A stretch of DNA of 64,000 nt from Eutreptiella sp. 'Long Island Sound 2002' (lineage: Eukaryota > Protista > Euglenida). Below are positions 61,361 to 64,000 of this stretch, piece by piece. Position 1 is the first letter of the stretch. Every line of letters begins with the position of its first letter. The stretch is taken from assembly GCA_964036045.1 (NCBI GenBank), contig OZ038378.1, forward strand, positions 29,388,001 through 29,452,000, read 5' to 3'. A program made the position numbers and the translations under genes. Under the pieces are notes generated by a model, which was not told the origin of the DNA, searched no databases, and was given only the letters and a program-made list of their open reading frames with translations.

Positions 61361-63129
61361 AAAACGTTTGCCCGCCCAGCAGCTCATGGGGCATGGGGTG
61401 GGGGGGGGGTTCCGGGGCGGGGGGGGGGGGGGGGGCGACGACGAGCTCACCGGAGGGGCAAAAATAGCAAATCTGTCTGTTCGACCGCTACCATTACACG
61501 TCGTTTTTTGACAATTGCCAATCTTTTAAATGGCGGAGGGCTTGCATATTAGCCGGCTGAAGCCAGTCTCAGCATCAAGACAAACTTGGTCACGATCCGA
61601 TGCAACGATAAGCTGCGGATGAGCGTCCTGACGGTGGCCATTGCGGTGAGTTCTCAGAAGCGGGAATTCAGGAGATGCTGCCGCGTGAAGGCGTTGCCTA
61701 TTAGGCTTCCGGAACGCCACCACAACATAGTGCCCAGAAGTGGGCCCTCCGGCGCGCTGTTGTGGCCCTTGTGGGGCGCAGCTGGATGGACAAGCAGTAC
61801 CTGGGGAACTTGCGCACCGAGTGGCGGCATGCGGCAAAGAAGGTCACATGAAAATCCAATGGCCAAGCAGTGGACTTAATTGTGAGCACGGACAAAGGGA
61901 TGCCGCGCACGTAGTATTGGTTTGAAGAGGAGGGCCCCTATGGAGAGCACCACCGGGGTTGATCGACGCGCAACAATGGGTTGGTACACAAGAGAAGGAG
62001 AAGAAAGAGAAAGCGCCAGCATGAAAGCACCAAGCACGAAAGCGCCAACGCACAATAAGAGAGCAGGGCACAAGAAAGCGCCAAGGACGAGCCAAGGGCA
62101 GCCCCTGTGTGAAGCGCCACTAGCGGGGCCGCCTGTGTAGGAAGAGGAGCAACAGGGCGAAAGGAGGAAGAGGGGGAAGAGGAGGAAGAGGAGGAGGACG
62201 ACAGAGTGAGAAGAATGTATGGGAGGGACTGCTGCCAGGGTATAGCAAAGCCGGGACTACTGGGACCCCGGAGCAAGGCGGCAGTAGACGCAACCAGCAA
62301 CCAGAGAGACCAAAAAGGAAGCCCGGCTGGAGCGAGCCACTGACGGCAAGCTGATGGTGCATGAGAACATGACCGTTGGCACCAAGTGCAGGAAGATAGA
62401 TACGGACCACGAATTGGTGAAGAGGTTATGGGAGAGGCGAAGGAGCATATGGAAACCGCATGGGACGGGTGGGTGGGCTAGGTGGCACAACTGGTGGCCC
62501 CCTCAGGGGCACGCCGCACGCGGCAAGAGACGAAGCGCAACAATGCATTGAAGGAGTATGACAGCGATCGATCCAAGCTGCAAGACATGCCAGCCCTTTT
62601 AAGGCGTAGACAGAATCTTCCGACCGGAGGTGTAGGCACGATGCCATAGCGACCTCAAGCATACCATTGGCACGGGAGGAGGGGCCCGTGGATGTTGTGG
62701 ACAGGCATGTGTATGTTTTCGCCGTGGACCGGCCCTGGGCTGATGTTTTTGTGACCGATCTCCTCCGCTTGCAGCCGTCGGCTCATGTGGCGGCACAATT
62801 TGCAACGATGGATGAGGAGGTGCACTAGTTCTAGGAGGCTTGGCCCGCATTTGTCGCACAGTGCGGAAATGGTTCGTATCTAGCGGTGGCTCCGGGGACA
62901 TGGCTCCTGTACAACAAAAGCTGCCACGGCAGGGAGGCCAACAGGCTAAGTGACCGTGACCGTGAACCACAACAGGGAGGAAGGGAGGCAAGATGGGTGG
63001 TAGGGAGAAGGGGAGGCAATAGGGAGGGGGGCGGTAGGAGAGAGGGCTCGACCACCGCCAAGGACACGGGGCAGAGGGTGGAGAAGATGGTGGACTAAGG
63101 GACAAGAGGGAAAGGGGAATGGCGGCGGC

Positions 63130-63550
63130 TAGGGGGGAACCCGGTGGTTTGTGAGTCGGCTCCACGATCAGGGGCATTTGATTGGCTACGCGTGGCCATG
63201 GTAGCCGAGGCTGCCTCCACAAAAGTTCAGTAAATGTCCGTGCAAGTGGCGGAGCATAGGGGGCGGGGGGCGGGGGGGGCGGGGGGGGGCAAGGGGGGTT
63301 GGTGGGCCTCGGGGGTACAGAGTGGCAGTGGGGCTAGGGGCGAACCCGGCGCTCCATGAGCGGCCCCGCGATCGGGGGCATGCGATTGGCCACGCGTGTC
63401 CCTGGTAGTCGGGGCCGCCTGCCTGCACAGAAGTTCAGTGCATTTTTGTGGAGGTGGCGGAGCACAAGTTGGGGGGGGGGAGGGGGGGGGGGGGGGTTGG
63501 TGGGCCCAGTGGGTAGAGGGGGGGTAAAGGTAGAGAAAGTCCCCCGCAGG
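63130..63550. repeat. ~210-bp G-rich tandem duplication
   Basis: ACA.AAGTTCAGT...GTGGCGGAGCA...Gn TTGGTGGGCC at ~63218 and ~63427. Confidence 0.7.
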
Positions 63551-64000
63551 TAGAATGGTAGTGGGTAGTCCCCCGCGGGTTTTGTATACGGGGTTGGGGG
63601 GGGACAAGTGTGGCGGCTCAAAAAAAATTCACCTCCGCTATCCCCCCCCTGCCCCCACAAAGGTAAATGCATTGAGCCACAGTGGCACGCAAACAACTGA
63701 GCGACAGTTAACAGACCCGCGCGCCGCGGACACTATCCGTGGTTCCCCCCGTGTTGGTATTCACCTGCCGCCAATGCATCCATCAGTTTTAGTACATCAC
63801 GTAATTCTAGCTTGGCTAGACAGGCAAGTAGCACACATTGGGGCTAGCCACGGTATGGCATCGTCCGCACATGTGGCTGACAGACCAGCACCATTGTCTC
63901 TCACGTCCAGAGCTGTCCTGTCCAGCGGCGGCACGTCACGGGATTGGAAACTGGTATGACTTACGGCTAGTATGGCCCAGTCAAAGTGATTAGATACACT

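Noticed and set aside
62380-62660. GFHMLLRL (minus strand) as a tyrosine-recombinase HxLR motif
   Set aside because: Single degenerate motif with no supporting R or Y boxes.

Overview
Eukaryotic, repeat-dominated genomic DNA with many poly-G/C runs, (GT)n tracts and apparent CpG decay. It most likely comes from a photosynthetic euglenid (inference from a euglenid spliced-leader-like relic, CCCTAA repeats and a stop-transfer-type plastid presequence). One host gene can be reconstructed by hand: six phase-consistent GT-AG exons (7307-23271, +) encoding a TraB/GumN(Tiki)-like, probably plastid-targeted membrane protein whose first exon(s) were not found. The rest is mobile DNA and satellites. 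(1) A complete 3.7-kb piggyBac-family element (52820-56515) flanked by AATATT rather than TTAA; its transposase gene has three ~165-bp introns built from a shared repeat. (2) Two non-autonomous hAT-type elements with 8-bp TSDs (40200-43668, 46000-47784); the first carries tandem units bounded by telomeric repeats. (3) An internally deleted hAT-like element with PHD/TTF zinc fingers. (4) Penelope-like RT relics with an FRDN motif, LINE fragments and MITEs. (5) Related 45-, 73- and ~105-bp satellites and a ~227-bp array. All calls were made by eye and from remembered family motifs; no database search was run.
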